Assembly (NCBI GenBank): GCA_951406725.2
Contig: OX597814.1
Coordinates: 64,108,001 to 64,172,000, forward strand
Length of the DNA stretch: 64,000 bases
Direction of reading: 5' to 3'
DNA from: Octopus vulgaris
Taxonomy: Eukaryota
A model generated the notes under the pieces. The model was not told the origin of the DNA. It did not search any database and saw only the letters and a program-made list of their open reading frames with translations. Position numbers and translations under genes: made by a program. Each line of letters starts with the position of its first letter. The first letter of the stretch is position 1. Below, in pieces: positions 40,601 to 55,499 of this stretch.

Positions 40601-40644
40601 TATATTTATATACATATACAGAGAGAGAGAGAGAAAGAGAGGGA

Positions 40645-42546
40645 GATGGATAGCTTTTGAGGTGTACAAAACTCAACGAGACCGAGCCGTGAAAATTGAA
40701 AAGAAAGAACGCTTCAGTTATGAATACAAAATCGCGGCAAATGCCAGTAGCAATCCAAAAACCTTCTTTGCCCATGTCCAGCGGAATTCCCGCTTGAACA
40801 ACCAGATTGCAACGTTGGTAGACTCAACAGGCGTATCGATTGAGGACCCTTATCAACAGAGTCAATTATTTGCCGAGGCTTTTTCAACTATTTTCAAACA
40901 AGATGATGGTCGTGAACCCCCTCCATTTGATAGATCAGTACCTCCAATGCTTCGATTGGTCATCACGCGGGACGAAGTCAAACGTGTTATTCAAGGCCTC
41001 GATGTCAACAAGGGTCACGGCCCTGACGGCATACACCCACGGGTTATCAAAGCGTTGGCTCCGGTCATCTGCGAGCCCTTAACACGACTATTCAATATGT
41101 CATTGGCGACGGGTGTTATACCTGCAGACTGGAGAACAGCGATAATCTGCCCAATTTTCAAGAAAGGGAGCCGCGAAGACCCGCTTAACTACCGACCGGT
41201 TTCCCTTACATCAATAATCAGCAAGATGTTCGAAACCATCCTTAAGAAAAGTATGATGCTCCACCTCCTAAACACAGCCTCTATCTCTGATTCCCAACAC
41301 GGCTTCGTGCCGAAGAGATCATGTTTGACCAACTTACTAGTAATGGAAGAATTGGTGACGCGCATCCTCGATGATAGTGATGCTGTTGACATCGTTTTAT
41401 TGGACTTTGCCAAAGCTTTTGACTCGGTAAACCACCGCCTATTACTTGTCAAGCTTCAAGCATATAGTTTCCATCCGGATATTATACGATGGGTTGGTGA
41501 CTTCCTCTCAGATCGCTCCTTCCAAGTCCAAGTTAATGGTTCGCGGTCCGACGTCTCCAGTGCGAGCAGTGGCGTGCCTCAAGGTTCAGTGCTTGGGCCC
41601 TTGTTGTTCTTAGTCTTCATAAATGACTTGCCCGACGACCTCACGCAACAGACCCTTCTATTTGCCTACGATATCAAACTGGTCGCTCCTCGCGGTAATA
41701 TAGAGGATCTTCGTCGATGCCTCCACCAAATTTGGAAGTGGTCTAACGATTGGGACCTGTGTCTGAACGTGTCAAAGTGCTGTCATCTGCCTGTCGGCTC
41801 TACTCCTGCAACTCAACTTGATTTCGAGCCGGGTCGTATGCTGCTGGAGAGGACCGATCAGGTAAAGGACCTGGGTATCTTGGTGGATTCCTCCTTTTCG
41901 CCTTCGGCCCAGTGCGTCCATGTCTGCCAACAAAGCACGCGGAATTCTGTTCTTGATTCGACGGTCATTCGGAATGCTCACAGCAGCCATATTCCTACCA
42001 CTCTATGTCACGCTGGTGAGACCCATATTGGAGTATGGGATTCAAGCCTCTTCTCCTTATCTCCTCAAAGACATACAGCATCTCGAAAGAGTCCAGAAGC
42101 TGGCTACTCGCATGGTTCATGGTCTCAAAAATTTGTCCTACGAAGAAAGGCTGAGGACGCTCGACCTTTATTCTCTTGAAAAACGCCGCCGCCGTGGTGA
42201 TCTCATTCTCGCCCACAACATCATAAGCGGAAAGTGTAACCTCTCGAAAGAGCTGTTCTTCACTCCTGCTCCAGAGCGTCGGCTGCGGTGTCATTCCGAA
42301 AAGCTCTACCTGCGACGATTTCATCTCAATCGAAGGAGAGGAGCTTTCTTCGTCCGGGTTGCGGATCCGTGGAACAAGCTGCCAGACGAGATGGTGAAGA
42401 TGCCGACGACCGCTTTGTTCAAAGCCTCCCTGGACCTCAAGTGGCCTGAACTCTTTACATGAACACCACCCTGTACTTAACTCCATGTCCCCCTACATGG
42501 CCTTGCTATTTGCTTTTGAGCCAAATTAACTAACTAACTAACTAAC
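40645..42546 (+). mobile_element. Young 5'-truncated CR1-clade LINE (ORF2 RT region), inactivated
   Basis: KGHGPDGIH, NYRPVSLTS, LDFAKAFDSV, SGVPQGSVLGPLLFLVFINDL, FAYD (normally FADD). One extra base near 41924 joins ORFs 40524-42179 and 41920-42462. 3' UTR hairpin ccatgt/acatgg and a (TAAC)n tail. Confidence 0.95.
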
Positions 42547-42639
42547 ATATATATATATATGTGTGTGTATGCATATGTATATATACATACATATATATAT
42601 ATACACACACTCACACACACACACACACAAACACACACA

Positions 42640-43819
42640 CATGACAGAAGTAACTAGACACCCAATAAAACATCCTTTTATGTTTATTCTAATTTGTAAA
42701 CGTATATTTTTTTTGTTGAAAGTTTTATGTTTCAAGTTATTTATGTGACTTTTTAATGAAGCTATGTACAAAAGAAACTTTGGAACTGTCTGTATTTCAA
42801 AGAGGCCGTATTGTTGGTCATTCAGAAGATGGACATAGTCAGCGTAAAATCGGAGGAAACCTTGGAATCTCGCTTTCTACAGTTAATAGAGCGATTGTGC
42901 AATTCATCAGAGAAGGAAAGGAGTCCCCATCATCTCGTCCAGATCAACTAGGGCCTTCTGACAGGACTCTTTTCTTTGCTAAGAGAAGTGTGGAAGATAA
43001 TCTTCGTTGCAAAGCCTCTGACATAGCAGAACAAGTTGATGTTAGTCCCAGAACAGCTGTCAGGTATCTCCACTAACTTGGATAAAAGATTGCGCCAGTG
43101 AGATGGTGGAGTGGCCACTAGCATTTTGGGACACTGTCATATTTTCTGATGAGTCCACATTTGCTGACAGTGGTCGAGTATGGGCCTGGAGGCTCTGTGA
43201 TCAAGAATTTGATGAGGTAAGATTGCAGCCAGCAATGAAACACGGCAGCTATTCCGTGATAGTTTGGGGAGCAATTTGAGGCAATAGTCGATCAGAGCTG
43301 GTGGAGTTTGAGGGAAACATAAACTGAGATAAATATGTGTCCATATTGCAGAAAAGATTCCTAATCTTCTCTAATGGTGAAATGATTAAAAAAGATTCTT
43401 TATTTAAGGAAGACGGGGCTCCTTGTCACACGGCTAAAATGACCCAAGATTTGTTGGATGAGAATGGCATTAAAAAGCTTCCATGGCCAAGCCACTCACC
43501 AGATACCCTATTGAACACCAGAACCCTATTGAACACCTTTCGAACATAATGGACAGGATGCTTCGTAAAAAGAACAGGAAAGTGTCCTCAAAGCCATATC
43601 TTTTAAGATTACTGCATGAAACTTGGCAAGAAATTCCACAAGAGAATATTCATCTGATCAGTAACATGCTTAATAGGGTCCTTGCACTGAAAAATGCAAA
43701 GGGCATGCCCACTAAATATTAAATATTCACATTATAACAATTAATAAATAATTTGAATGTATAATTTCAGATTTAAAGAAATGTTTTATGATTTTATGGC
43801 TGTCTATTTACTTCTGTCA

Positions 43820-43821
<2 letters not shown>
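42640..43821 (+). mobile_element. Full-length degenerate Tc1-like transposon
   Basis: TIRs catgacagaagtaactagaca / tgtctatttacttctgtcatg; [48 protein letters not shown]. Confidence 0.92.
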
Positions 43822-43850
<29 letters not shown>

Positions 43851-44240
43851 ATACACATATATACATATATACATACATACATAAATATGTGTGTAGATGT
43901 GTGTGTATTGATGTATGTATATGTATGGACTCGGTGGATGATTGTCCAGCTGTTTGGTTAATTGGTCAACCTGTCTATTAACATTTCTGTGAGATGCTGG
44001 TTAGAATTCCAAAGACACGTAGACGCCTGACGTAGAATCAACTTCCCATTATGTGACGAGGCTGACTCATTGAATTACAGTTATATAAATCATCTTCTAA
44101 GCACGATTCCGTGTCCTCAATTTTATTCCCAGTTTATAAATCCACGTTTATACTAATAATAAATGGCACTCTTGATTATATTAGTAATTGCGCAAGAGAC
44201 AATATGGAGAAGCTAGAGTTTTCAGAACACGAAATCAACT

Positions 44241-44311
44241 AGCTCGCTAGTTTAGTGGTAAGTATCCCCACCTGTCACGTGGGAGATCGTGTTCGATTCT
44301 CCTCCGGATAG
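44241..44311 (+). pseudogene. tRNA-Asp(GTC) pseudogene
   Basis: tagtttagtggtaagtatccccac-ct-GTC-ac-gtgggagatcgtgttcgatt. D and anticodon arms are recognisable; acceptor and T stems are broken. Confidence 0.8.
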
Positions 44312-44609
44312 GCTTGCTATTTTAACGGTTGTGCCCCAGCGTGATCGCATCTTTAAAGTTGAAACAATTTAGAGAATTTAAAGAATTTTCCTAACATGCA
44401 CGTTAGTAATAGAATTTGTAAGAGGAACAGTAAAAATATGCAAGACGTTTCTCAGAATGAACGCGTGACATAGTTTTGTATCCTTCTCAGAATTTGGCTT
44501 TTTACATACAACAACAAATCAAATAATTAAAGTGGGAAGTGAAAATGTGTTTCTACATGCATGCACGTAGATATGTAAATCGAACGATTTTCACAATAGA
44601 AACCCTCAC

Positions 44610-44762
44610 CTGGTGTTACGTGGGTCGTGTCTTTGACTATCCTTACGTCAGTTAAGTTTTTCGTAATGCCATGGTTTTCGTTATTTTCTGGAAGTGTATT
44701 TGACAACTCATGGAAAGTTATGTAATCTACTTTTCCATTACCGTTATTTAAGCCGCTGTAGC
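44610..44762 (-). CDS. Uncharacterised type I membrane protein, exon 2 (ectodomain)
   Basis: tttctattttcaatttcattcaaag| ... ccag|gtgagg; 153 nt, only phase 1 is open: (G)YSGLNNGNGKVDYITFHELSNTLPENNENHGITKNLTDVRIVKDTTHVTP. Confidence 0.78.
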
Positions 44763-44831
44763 CTTTGAATGAAATTGAAAATAGAAACGGGAAAAAGAAG
44801 CGATAACTAGAAAACGGCGCCTTTGAAAGTT

Positions 44832-44905
<74 letters not shown>

Positions 44906-45141
44906 CATGTCTGTGTGTGTGCGCATGTGTGTGTGTATGCATGTATGCATGTATATAGGTATATGTGAGTGCATATGTATACACATATGTATATGCATAT
45001 GTGTATGTGTGTGGGCAAGTTCATGTGTGTGTATATTTATATCTATTTATCTATTTATCTTTTTCCCTCCCCTCTCTCTCCCTAAATATATACATGTATG
45101 TATGTATGTATGCATGCATGCATGTATGTGCTTCAATTCAC

Positions 45142-45220
45142 CTTTCCGTTTAGCAAGAGATTTTTGTTGGCTCAACAATATCACAAGAATATGACCAACA
45201 CACAAAAATTTCATCAACAT
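45142..45220 (-). CDS. Uncharacterised type I membrane protein, exon 1 (signal peptide)
   Basis: caaccATG context; MLMKFLCVGHILVILLSQQKSLAKRK; donor aag|gtgaat, phase 1. Confidence 0.75.
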
Positions 45221-45230
45221 GGTTGCTTGA

Positions 45231-45270
<40 letters not shown>

Positions 45271-47692
45271 TTTCTTTTTTTTTTTTGTTTGTTTTTCAAA
45301 TTTTACGTTTCCGGGGTTTTTGTTCTTTTTCCAATTTTATATCAGTATTCTTCATAAATTCATTCTACCAAAATTTCCATCGCTACTTTTCATTTTCAAT
45401 TTATGTTGTCCAATAAAGAGAACTTGTCCAGCTTTGTGAAATAAAATAAAATTGAAGTGTTTAATCATTTAAGACAAATAGAATTTAATGAATTTTAAAA
45501 TTAGTAATTATTAGAATGTCTTATTTCATTGTAATTATCAACAATGTCATCTTATTTTTATGCAGTTATAATAATATCATCTCTTTTATACGAAGATATC
45601 AACAGAGCGTCATCTCATCTATGTCTTTTATTATGTATTTCTTTCAATCATTTGACTGTGGCCATACTGGGGCACCTCCTTGAAAGGTTTTAGTTGACCA
45701 TCATACTTGGTTCTTTTTTTAAAACTTGATATTTATTCTATTGGTATTATTTGTCGAACCACAAGGTTACAAAGACGTAAGCAAAAACATCGGTTGTCAA
45801 GCAGTAGAGGTAGAAAAATCAGAGACCCAAAGACACATACACACACACACACATACACAGAGACGTATATGCATACGTACATATATATGTGTGTGTGTGT
45901 GTGTGTGTGTTGTCCAGAGCTATAGAAAACCTCTTGCCCAAGGTGCCACGCCATGGGACAAAACCCGGAAGCATGTGGCTGAGAAGTAAACTTCTTGCCA
46001 CAAGGCCTTGCCTGCGCGTGTACATGCTGATATTTTGATATCAACAGAACCTCTTCCCATCTAAATGTGTTACCAACTTTTCTTTTCGTTGTTATCAATA
46101 GAAAGTCATTTTATCTCTACAGGCAATATTCGCGGTCAGTCTCGTACAATCCTTCACTGCCATCAGCACGTATTACTCTTGTTCTACATATGATCACTTA
46201 GATACAAGACATTCTAAATGATTAATTTAGAGGATTTCTTCGGTTACAGTAGGATTTGCATTCATGTAGATCATCGATTGTGGCTTAAGATCTAGAAAAT
46301 TATGCTGTCCAGACAAAGATAATTTGATTTCACACTATTGCTACTAAAGAGATTATGCATTTATGTGTGGCTTGGATGTGAATTCTTAATATGCTGAAAA
46401 AAGGTCCTTACTATAGCAGGCAACTCCACTCTGAGTAATAACAGGTGATACAAATATGTGTGTGTGTGCGTGTGCGTGTGCGTCAGTGCTTATATATACA
46501 AATGTACATATATACATACATATAAGCATGTATATACGTATGTTCTATTCTATTTTACTTATTTAATGTAACGGAAGGAGCTGGTTTCTAACAAACATAC
46601 AAAACTCCGTCGTTAGAATTAGAATATAGAGAACAGAAACAATGTTACACTTTGAACTTGAGAAAAGTCTTCCATATATTCACCGTTCCGCAAACAGATT
46701 GTGCATGTTAGTTAGTTGGTTACTTTTCCTGAAAACCTTAAATTTTCCGGATTGCCACTCAGACATTCACTAATGTAAACAACTGTACTAATTATTAGTA
46801 GTATAAATGTAAATTTATGATCTGGGTATAGAAGCTAGAAGTTTCGAAGAAGTTGTATGCAGTTATCCTCTTTCTCGTTGATTTTCGAAGTGTAATTCAC
46901 ATTAGTACAGCAGCTGATTTCTATGACAGTATATACATTTTCTTGTCTGTCGCAAAGGACTATATCCGGCACGTAATATTTGCATTTGGTAGAAGTTTCA
47001 ATGGAATGCTCCGCCAATATCAAAGTTACATCTTAGAGATGTCTCTTTTGTTTATTGCGTACATTGAAGCAATTTCTTGCACTAGGATTGCACCCGCCTG
47101 ATGTGATGTAGTGATATGTTGCAAGTCTAAGAAAAGTTGCACTTCATGTTGATATTAATATCATTTTTAAAGTGACGAGCTGGCAGAACCGTTAGCACGC
47201 CGGAGAAAACGTTTAGCGGCATTTCACCCTTCTTTACGTTCTTTGTTCAAATTCCACCAAGGTCCACTTTGCCATTCATCCTTTCAAGGTCGATAAAATA
47301 AGTACTAGTTGAGTACTGGAATCGATGTAATCGATTTGCTCTCCCACCCCGAACTTGCTGGCCTTGTACCAAAATTTGAAGCCGGTATTAGTGTCATCTC
47401 TAAGCCTTCAGAAACAATTATACATATTTTTTAATTTTTTTTCTGAACACGGAACGCTTCACATCCGGGTACTTGGGTTGTGAGGCAGCTCATCGGGAAG
47501 AGAGTGCTTCCTGAGGAGCTCAATGCTAACTTGTCGCATGTTGCTCTCTTCGCTTTCCAGCACTGCTTCTTGTTTAACAAATGCTGTTTGAAAGATACTA
47601 TGCGATCAGGTCATCTACAAAGAGTGTATGTATGTATGTATGTATGTATGTATGTATGTATGTATGTATGTATGTATGCATGCATATATATA

Positions 47693-48035
<343 letters not shown>

Positions 48036-48037
48036 CA

Positions 48038-48106
<69 letters not shown>

Positions 48107-48107
48107 G

Positions 48108-48151
<44 letters not shown>

Positions 48152-48594
48152 TATATATATATATGTACATATATAGATACATACATATATATATATGTAT
48201 ATAGGGTGTGTATGTATTTTGCACGCACACACACACACATCCGCGTGTACCCAAATATTACATATTTGTACATTTGAATATAACATGTGCACTAGTAAAT
48301 GTGACACTGTATGCAATGTTATGAGCGTGTTTGTGAGTGCATGCTTATATGTGCGTGGTCCGTGCATTCCTCTGTGCTTAAATGAAGCGACTATTTCTGT
48401 GACGACAGACATGAATATCGTGCGAATCAACATTTTCTTGAGAAGTAAGTGCAGAGACAAAGGTCAACAGCAGTCTGTCCAGTTTCCTTCCGCGATATGT
48501 GAAGTGGTCCGAACAACAATAATCGGAGAATGAGGAGGTAGGAGTGAAAAACGAAGCAATGGTGGAGGGGAAAAGGAGAAAGAAAAGAGAATAT

Positions 48595-48790
48595 GAAGAA
48601 AAAGAAGTAGAAGAAGAAGAAGAAGAAGAAGAAGAAGAAGAAGAAGAAGAAGAAGATGAAGAAGAAGAAGATGAAGAAGAAGATGAAGGAGGAGGGGGAG
48701 AAGAAGAAGAAGAAGAAGAAGAAGAAGAAGAGGGAGGAGGAGAAGGAGGAGGCGGAGGAGGAGAAGGAGAAGGAGAAGAAGAAAAACAAC
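48595..48790. repeat. (GAA)n/(GGA)n polypurine tract
   Basis: Direct reading of the sequence. Confidence 0.97.
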
Positions 48791-48919
48791 GACAACAACA
48801 GCAATATGGCAAACAGCTAAAATAACAACAATAACAATAACATTAAAGACAAGATAACTGTGGCAATCAAAGCAATAACAACAGTAACACCAATTGCAAC
48901 ACCACCATCACCACCACTA

Positions 48920-48953
<34 letters not shown>

Positions 48954-49799
48954 TAAAAAACTACTTCTACTAGGAGAAGAAAGACAAATAAATAGGCAAA
49001 AACTCCAATGGAGGGAGATGAAGTTGAAAAGAGGACAGTCAAGTGGAAAGTGGTTGGTTATTCCCCATTGAAACGAAAAAAATAACGACCCCAATAAATA
49101 TACAAGACTTTCTCTCTTACATCAGTTAATACCCACAACTACCATTATACACTGGTCTTTAGTTTTGTCACGGTTTTAGCACATAAGGAAACCTGTCTTT
49201 GTTGTTTTTGCTGTTGTTGTTGCTGCTATGGCTTAGCCCCGAGTAAGTGCTGATCGAGCTATTCTGTGGTCAAAGGTATTCCAGTTGTGATGATCCTGTC
49301 TTATTCCTCAGGCATAGTTTATCAAGGACTATATCATCCAATGTGCCCTATCTTTTTTACCTTGTTCCGCCCGAAGCCTTATGAGAGGATTTAATGAACG
49401 AAAACCGAAAACCGTATACATGTGTACGTGTGTCTGTGTGTATCTTTCTCTCTGTTTGTCCAACACTACTGCTTGACAACCCGGTGTTGGTGTGTTTACG
49501 TCCCGTAATTTAGAGGTTCGTAAAAGAAGCCGATAGAATAAGTATCAATCTTGAAAAAGGAGACAAGTACTGAGGTAGAATCACTCGAATGACCTCATTT
49601 TAATGACTGAAATAAGTGAAATATAAAAGATGTAAATCTTACTGCAATTATTAACTCTGCTTCTCTCTCTTCCTCTCTTCCTTTTTCCCTTTTATATTCA
49701 CACAATCACACACATTATATATATATATATATTAGGATTTGGGTGAATCAGGCATTTAAATGGTGAGGCATTGGGTCGAGTCCATCGTTTGTTTTGAGT

Positions 49800-49874
<75 letters not shown>

Positions 49875-50509
49875 TGTCTCCTATATGTTGCAGTCTTCAA
49901 AGATTCTAGTCGAACGAATCAATTCCAGTACTTATTTTTAATGCCTGATATTAATCATGTTGGTCTCTGCCAACGGCCTTCTAGGTTACGAAGACGTGGA
50001 CACTAACATTTTTGTCAGGCGGTAGTGTAGGACAAGCACACTCACACACACATAAATATATATAGAGAGATGTGTGTGTCTTTGCGAGTTCGGGGACTGG
50101 CTGAGATTACAGGCGTAAGACACTCTATTTTCATCAATTCGCTTGGTGTTAAAACACCTGGAATTCAAAAACAAGTGAGATAATTTGAGTCAGGTCCCGT
50201 TATAGGAGCGATGGGCATTAATGCTTCGTCATTTTTGTGGTTGGTCAAAACCGCGTACCCGGTACGAGGCCAGACGCAAGATAAATCACTATCTATGACT
50301 ATATGCAAAATAGTGTGAGAACCATCTGCTGGTATATTCCAACGTTTCATACCACAGAATAAAATTCAAATATAAATGAGAAGCAACCCGAGGGATAAAA
50401 GCTATATAGAACACACATGTACAAGTTATGTGTTTTGTCAGTACGTGGGCAAACTGCAAATATAGCTGTAAAAGAATATATACTCATCTATTACCCTGGT
50501 GTTAAAACA

Positions 50510-50581
<72 letters not shown>

Positions 50582-50596
50582 GTGTGCGCGCGCGCG

Positions 50597-50624
<28 letters not shown>

Positions 50625-50634
<10 letters not shown>

Positions 50635-51000
50635 TGAGAATGTGTGTCTGTCTGCCTGCCTGTCTCTCTGTCTGTGTGTTTCCCTAAAACTTGAGAACTA
50701 CAAAACCAATTTCATTCAAATTTTACACATGCCTTACTTAGGTTCCATGTAATTTCATGGGCAAAAAAAAATGTTCAACTTCTTGCCTAGGGCGAGCCCA
50801 TAGCAATATCATATCTTCTCCACTATTTCAGTATTACGTGTTAAAAGTGAAACAAAAACATTTCTCTATTTTATGTCAGATACTTTCACTTTAACAATGA
50901 AAATTAGAGATAATAATAACAATTGAATTATATGTAGTAAGTATAATCAAAATCAAGCTAAAGTATAATATAATCGTAACATAACAAAAGTAAAAATAGC
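50625..51000 (+). mobile_element. Helitron-like 5' segment (similar heads at about 58865-59100 on + and about 17440-17605 on -)
   Basis: tatataaaactgagaatgtgtgtctgtctg..ccaatttcattcaaattttacac, typical of non-autonomous Helitron heads. Confidence 0.5.
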
Positions 51001-51918
51001 AATTGGTATAAAATTGCATCAATCACTTGAACTTGAATAACTGGCTTCACATGAATGGGAATAAATAAAAAATAAAATCTAAGTGCAGAAATGGAATAGT
51101 CCAGATGGAGCTGTGCACATACCGTTTACCACGGTTTTTATATTAGATTATCTGCTAATTAGTTAGCATTAAATATCTATATGAAGTTTGGCTGCATGCA
51201 ATGTCTGTTTTCTCGAACAGCCGCTTCTACTGAGTACTGCCGTTTGTTTATTTCTTATACATAAAGGACTATAGCTTCAACTGCGTACTGCTTTTTGATT
51301 CACCGTAAGGTTTGTTGTTATTATTATTACTGTTTAACTATTGTTATCACGTTTGTTGGTTCCTCGTAAGGGAAACGTTGTTGTGTTGCATTTGTTAAAC
51401 AATTGTAAACTATAACCCTCCCCCTTTAGGAGAAGGAGCTTTGGTTATTGTTTAAAAATTGAATTGTGTCCCTGTTTGGGGAAATTGACAATATTTTCAC
51501 CGTTTATACGGAAGCATTTTTGTTAGAATGCCTTCGATAGAAGAAAGTCCAAAAATGAATTTCACTGCAGCCGTCGGCGGGCGCGAACTCATTAAAATTA
51601 AAATGGAAGAAATACAAATCTCTTTCGGATTGATCACCGACAAAGACGGTGAATCTAGGATAACACTACCAAACGAAATTATACAAGAGGGAGGACAAGA
51701 TACAATTGATCGAAATTGCAAAAGACGGGTCTACAATTCCAGTGTGTTATATATTTTGAGTAATGTTATCACTAGCAATATCAAGATATAACTTTGTATT
51801 TTGTATTTTATGTGTAGATGTATATATATATAGATGTACATGTAATATGTACACATATATATACACATATATACATGCACTAGCACTATGACTCGGCAAC
51901 GACGGGTCATAATGCTAG

Positions 51919-51949
<31 letters not shown>

Positions 51950-52137
51950 ATATTCTTTTATTCGTTTCAGTTATTTAACTGCGGCCCTACTGTAGCACCG
52001 CCTTTAGTCGAACATAAGCTTAGTACTTATTTTATCGGTCTCTTTTGCCGAACCGCTAAGTTACAGGGACATAAACAGACCAGCATCGGTTGTTAAGCAA
52101 TGTTGGGGTACAAAACAGACACACCAATGCATACATA

Positions 52138-52198
<61 letters not shown>

Positions 52199-53017
52199 CA
52201 AAATGGGACAAGAACGCAAAACATCCGGACAACTAGGTGATACAAAAAGGGACAACAAAACATCCAGATAGACGATACAAAAAAACAAAGACAGGTCATT
52301 CGAAGCTTTCTATCCTCAGTCAAGAACCGTATCATCCTCGCAATTTCGGCTGATTAATCTTGAGATTGCTCCAATCTGGCAAGCCCCAAGGAAAATCTAA
52401 GCTAAGAGCATTAGATTTCTTGGCAGAAAGCATCGAATGTATATGAAAACAAGTTCTTGTTCCATTTTGTATTTTATATACATGTATATAGCGGTGTAAG
52501 TACACTTTGTTCCCTTATATGTAAGTATATATATATATATATATATATACACGACGGGCTTCTTTAAGTTTCCGTCTACCAAATCCACTCACAAGGTTTT
52601 CGTCGGCTCGGGGTTTTAGTAGAAGATACGTGCCCAAGGTGCCATGCAGTGACTGAACCCGGAACCATGGGGTTGGGAATCTGGATTCTTACCACACAGC
52701 CACTTCTGCACCTATATGTGCGTGTGCGTGTGTGTTTAGGTATGTGCAAGATGCATGTGTATATAACTGTCGAAGTGTACATGTGTGTGTGTGTGTGTGT
52801 GTGTGTGCAGCTGAATGTACTTGCTTAGGATTACGTCTGCTGAGGAATTGCTATGTACATATCTGCCTGTATCTTTACAATGTGTATATATATGTATATC
52901 TGTATGTATGTATGTTTATTATGTATGTATGTACGTATGTATGAATGTATGTATGTATGTATGTATGTATGTATGTACGTATGTATGTATGTATGTATGT
53001 ATGTATGTATATGTGTC

Positions 53018-53085
<68 letters not shown>

Positions 53086-53178
53086 ATCGTATAAATATAT
53101 GTTGTATTCGTACTGTGTGTATATGAATATGCTTTTTGTATGTACTTATGTGTGTATATGTATTTATATATATGTGTA

Positions 53179-54372
53179 TAAGGTGGTCAGGTAAAAACTT
53201 CATAAGCTGATACTCTCGTGAGATGTAACCAGATAAGGTTTCATTTTCAGCATATTACCCCTATCGGTGCTTGTATCGAATTAGTAAAGATGCTTTACTT
53301 CTGTTGGTCAATAAATAACTAATTGCAGATATGACGTCATCATCACCGAGATATTGATTCCCAGCAGAATGTTTTTTCATGTAGGGGTACAGATGATAGT
53401 CAGATATTGCCAAATAAGGGGAATAGAGAGGGTAATCAACCAGTTCAGAGTCACAGCCACGCACATGAGCCATTGGAAGCAAGGATTTATGTGCGGGAGC
53501 AAGATCCCTTTCATCAGTTTCCCTGTGTATTTAATCTTGATAGCCTTTCATAACTGCCTCAGCAAGTTGACATAACACTCTCCATTGACGGTGTGGCTCT
53601 TCCGATGATGGTCAATAATCACAATGCGTATTGCATCCCCAAAAGCTGAGGTCGTCATCTTCCCTGCAGATGAAACCAGCTTGGCCTTCTTTAGAGCAAG
53701 TGAGGAGGAATGTTTCCACTACATAATTGTCTCTTTGTCTCGTGCTCAAAGTGATGAAGCTTAGGAAACATGCAAGAAAACCAGCTGGATCTGCTTCTTT
53801 GATTTTCCCGTGATGTGATCAACTCGGTGCGCTTTTACTCAAATGTCGGAAGACGTGACACACAACCAGCAGAATCTTTCGTCATGCCAAGTTCATTATG
53901 CAGAATATTCTCAATTCTCCCAGGCGATATGCTTATAGCATTGTCTATCTGATTCGTGGTCAATTGCCTGTCATCCATCACCATATAGTGAACTCGATCA
54001 ATGTTGTCCTTAGTGGTGGCAGTTGCAGGACATTCAAACCTTGGGTTATTTTCAAGACGCTTCTTTCCCCTCCTAAATTCAGTTGCCCTCTTTTGCACTG
54101 TTGATAAAACTAGAGCACCATCTAATGTATCAATTATGCCAGCAAGAATGTCCTTGGAGGCTAAGCCCCTTTTCTCACGATGCCAAATTTTGTCCAATTT
54201 CAAGAGAACTCACTACTAATCAGATTTGAAGTCGTTGAGCTGTCAAATGTTAGTTTAGCCGGATAGAAATAATGTAATCAGTCATAATAGTTCAAATTAA
54301 TTCATGTAAGATTTCACAGCTCTAGCATCACTCCTTCATAGTCAGGTTGTGAACCTTTCAGCTTACCCTCGT
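53179..54372 (-). mobile_element. Degenerate mariner element
   Basis: TVQKRATEFRRG..ILHNELGMTK, YPLYSPYLAISDYHLYPYMKK; eroded TIRs at both ends. Confidence 0.85.
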
Positions 54373-55499
54373 GTTTACATATATGTTTGTGTATGTGGTA
54401 ATGATTGTCATCGTATGGTCTATATGTATATTAATGCATATAACAGTATAGGGTTGTGTGAGTGTAGCTGAGTAACTTTTATTATGTTGATGCTTATGTG
54501 CATATGTTTCTATGTAGGCTTGAGTATTGTTTTGATTTCTCTACAGTTCATTGGGGGAAGAAAGTACTTTGAGGTGTGGTTAGAAATTGTGAATAAGATT
54601 AAGGTCCGTAAGCTTTTATATGTGGTTGTTTGATGTTTAACCCTATTTGAAAATTACTGTTGTTCAATATTATCTCATGGCTTAAACTCTATATCTCCAA
54701 CTGTCTGTTCCCTGTTGAATTCGTATATAGATGTACATTTTCATATGTACATTTATTTACGTTTTAAACTAATTTCTTTTTATATTTGCTATAACTACTT
54801 TACTCCCTGAACTTAACCCTTCCTGTTTTTGTTAACATTAAAGATGCTCAATTCCCTGAACTTAGACGTAATTATTAATTGATATGAGACAACACATAAT
54901 TACTTTTGCTGACCATACCAAACTGAATGTATCTAGTGTTGGTCTTCCATTCATTGTATGTATAAAAAGAATATTTTGCATGTATACTTAGATTTGAAAC
55001 TTTGGTGCAGCCATGAAGGGCTAGTTTTTCTTAATCGCACTGATCTGTGATTATACAGTTGTATATTGCAAGCATATTAGTGCAGACGTGTAAACTTATT
55101 TCATTATACATTGAAATTATTATTACATGGAGAAGGATACATACGGCCGTAACTCTGAGGATGACAAGTGGTTGAATAAATATACTCACCTGTCATACCT
55201 TCCGACATTTTATTATATCCTTCTTGTTATTTATTTCTCTAAATTACATATCAGAATGTGAAGACGTATATTTGTATGTATGTATGTATTTACAATGTAT
55301 TAATGTATATCTGTCTGCCTGTCTGTCTGTCTCTGTATGTCTGTTTGTTTCTCTGTTTGTTTGTTTTTCCCTCGTCTAGCGTGACAGATTCATTGTGTTT
55401 TATTATATATAAGCTATTTTGTCTTCGCTTTGGGATAGCAATAATAATAACTAATTGATACAACTGATGGAGTGTAATAACAATTAATATGACTGCTAC

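Noticed and set aside
40524-40644. N-terminus of the 551-aa ORF
   Set aside because: Read-through across (TA)n/(GA)n; the LINE begins near 40645.
44241-44311. Functional tRNA-Asp with an apparent compensatory change in the anticodon stem
   Set aside because: Acceptor and T stems are broken, and both stem changes are explicable as CpG decay.
48544-48825. Poly-Glu/Gly ORF
   Set aside because: It is a (GAA)/(GGA) microsatellite.
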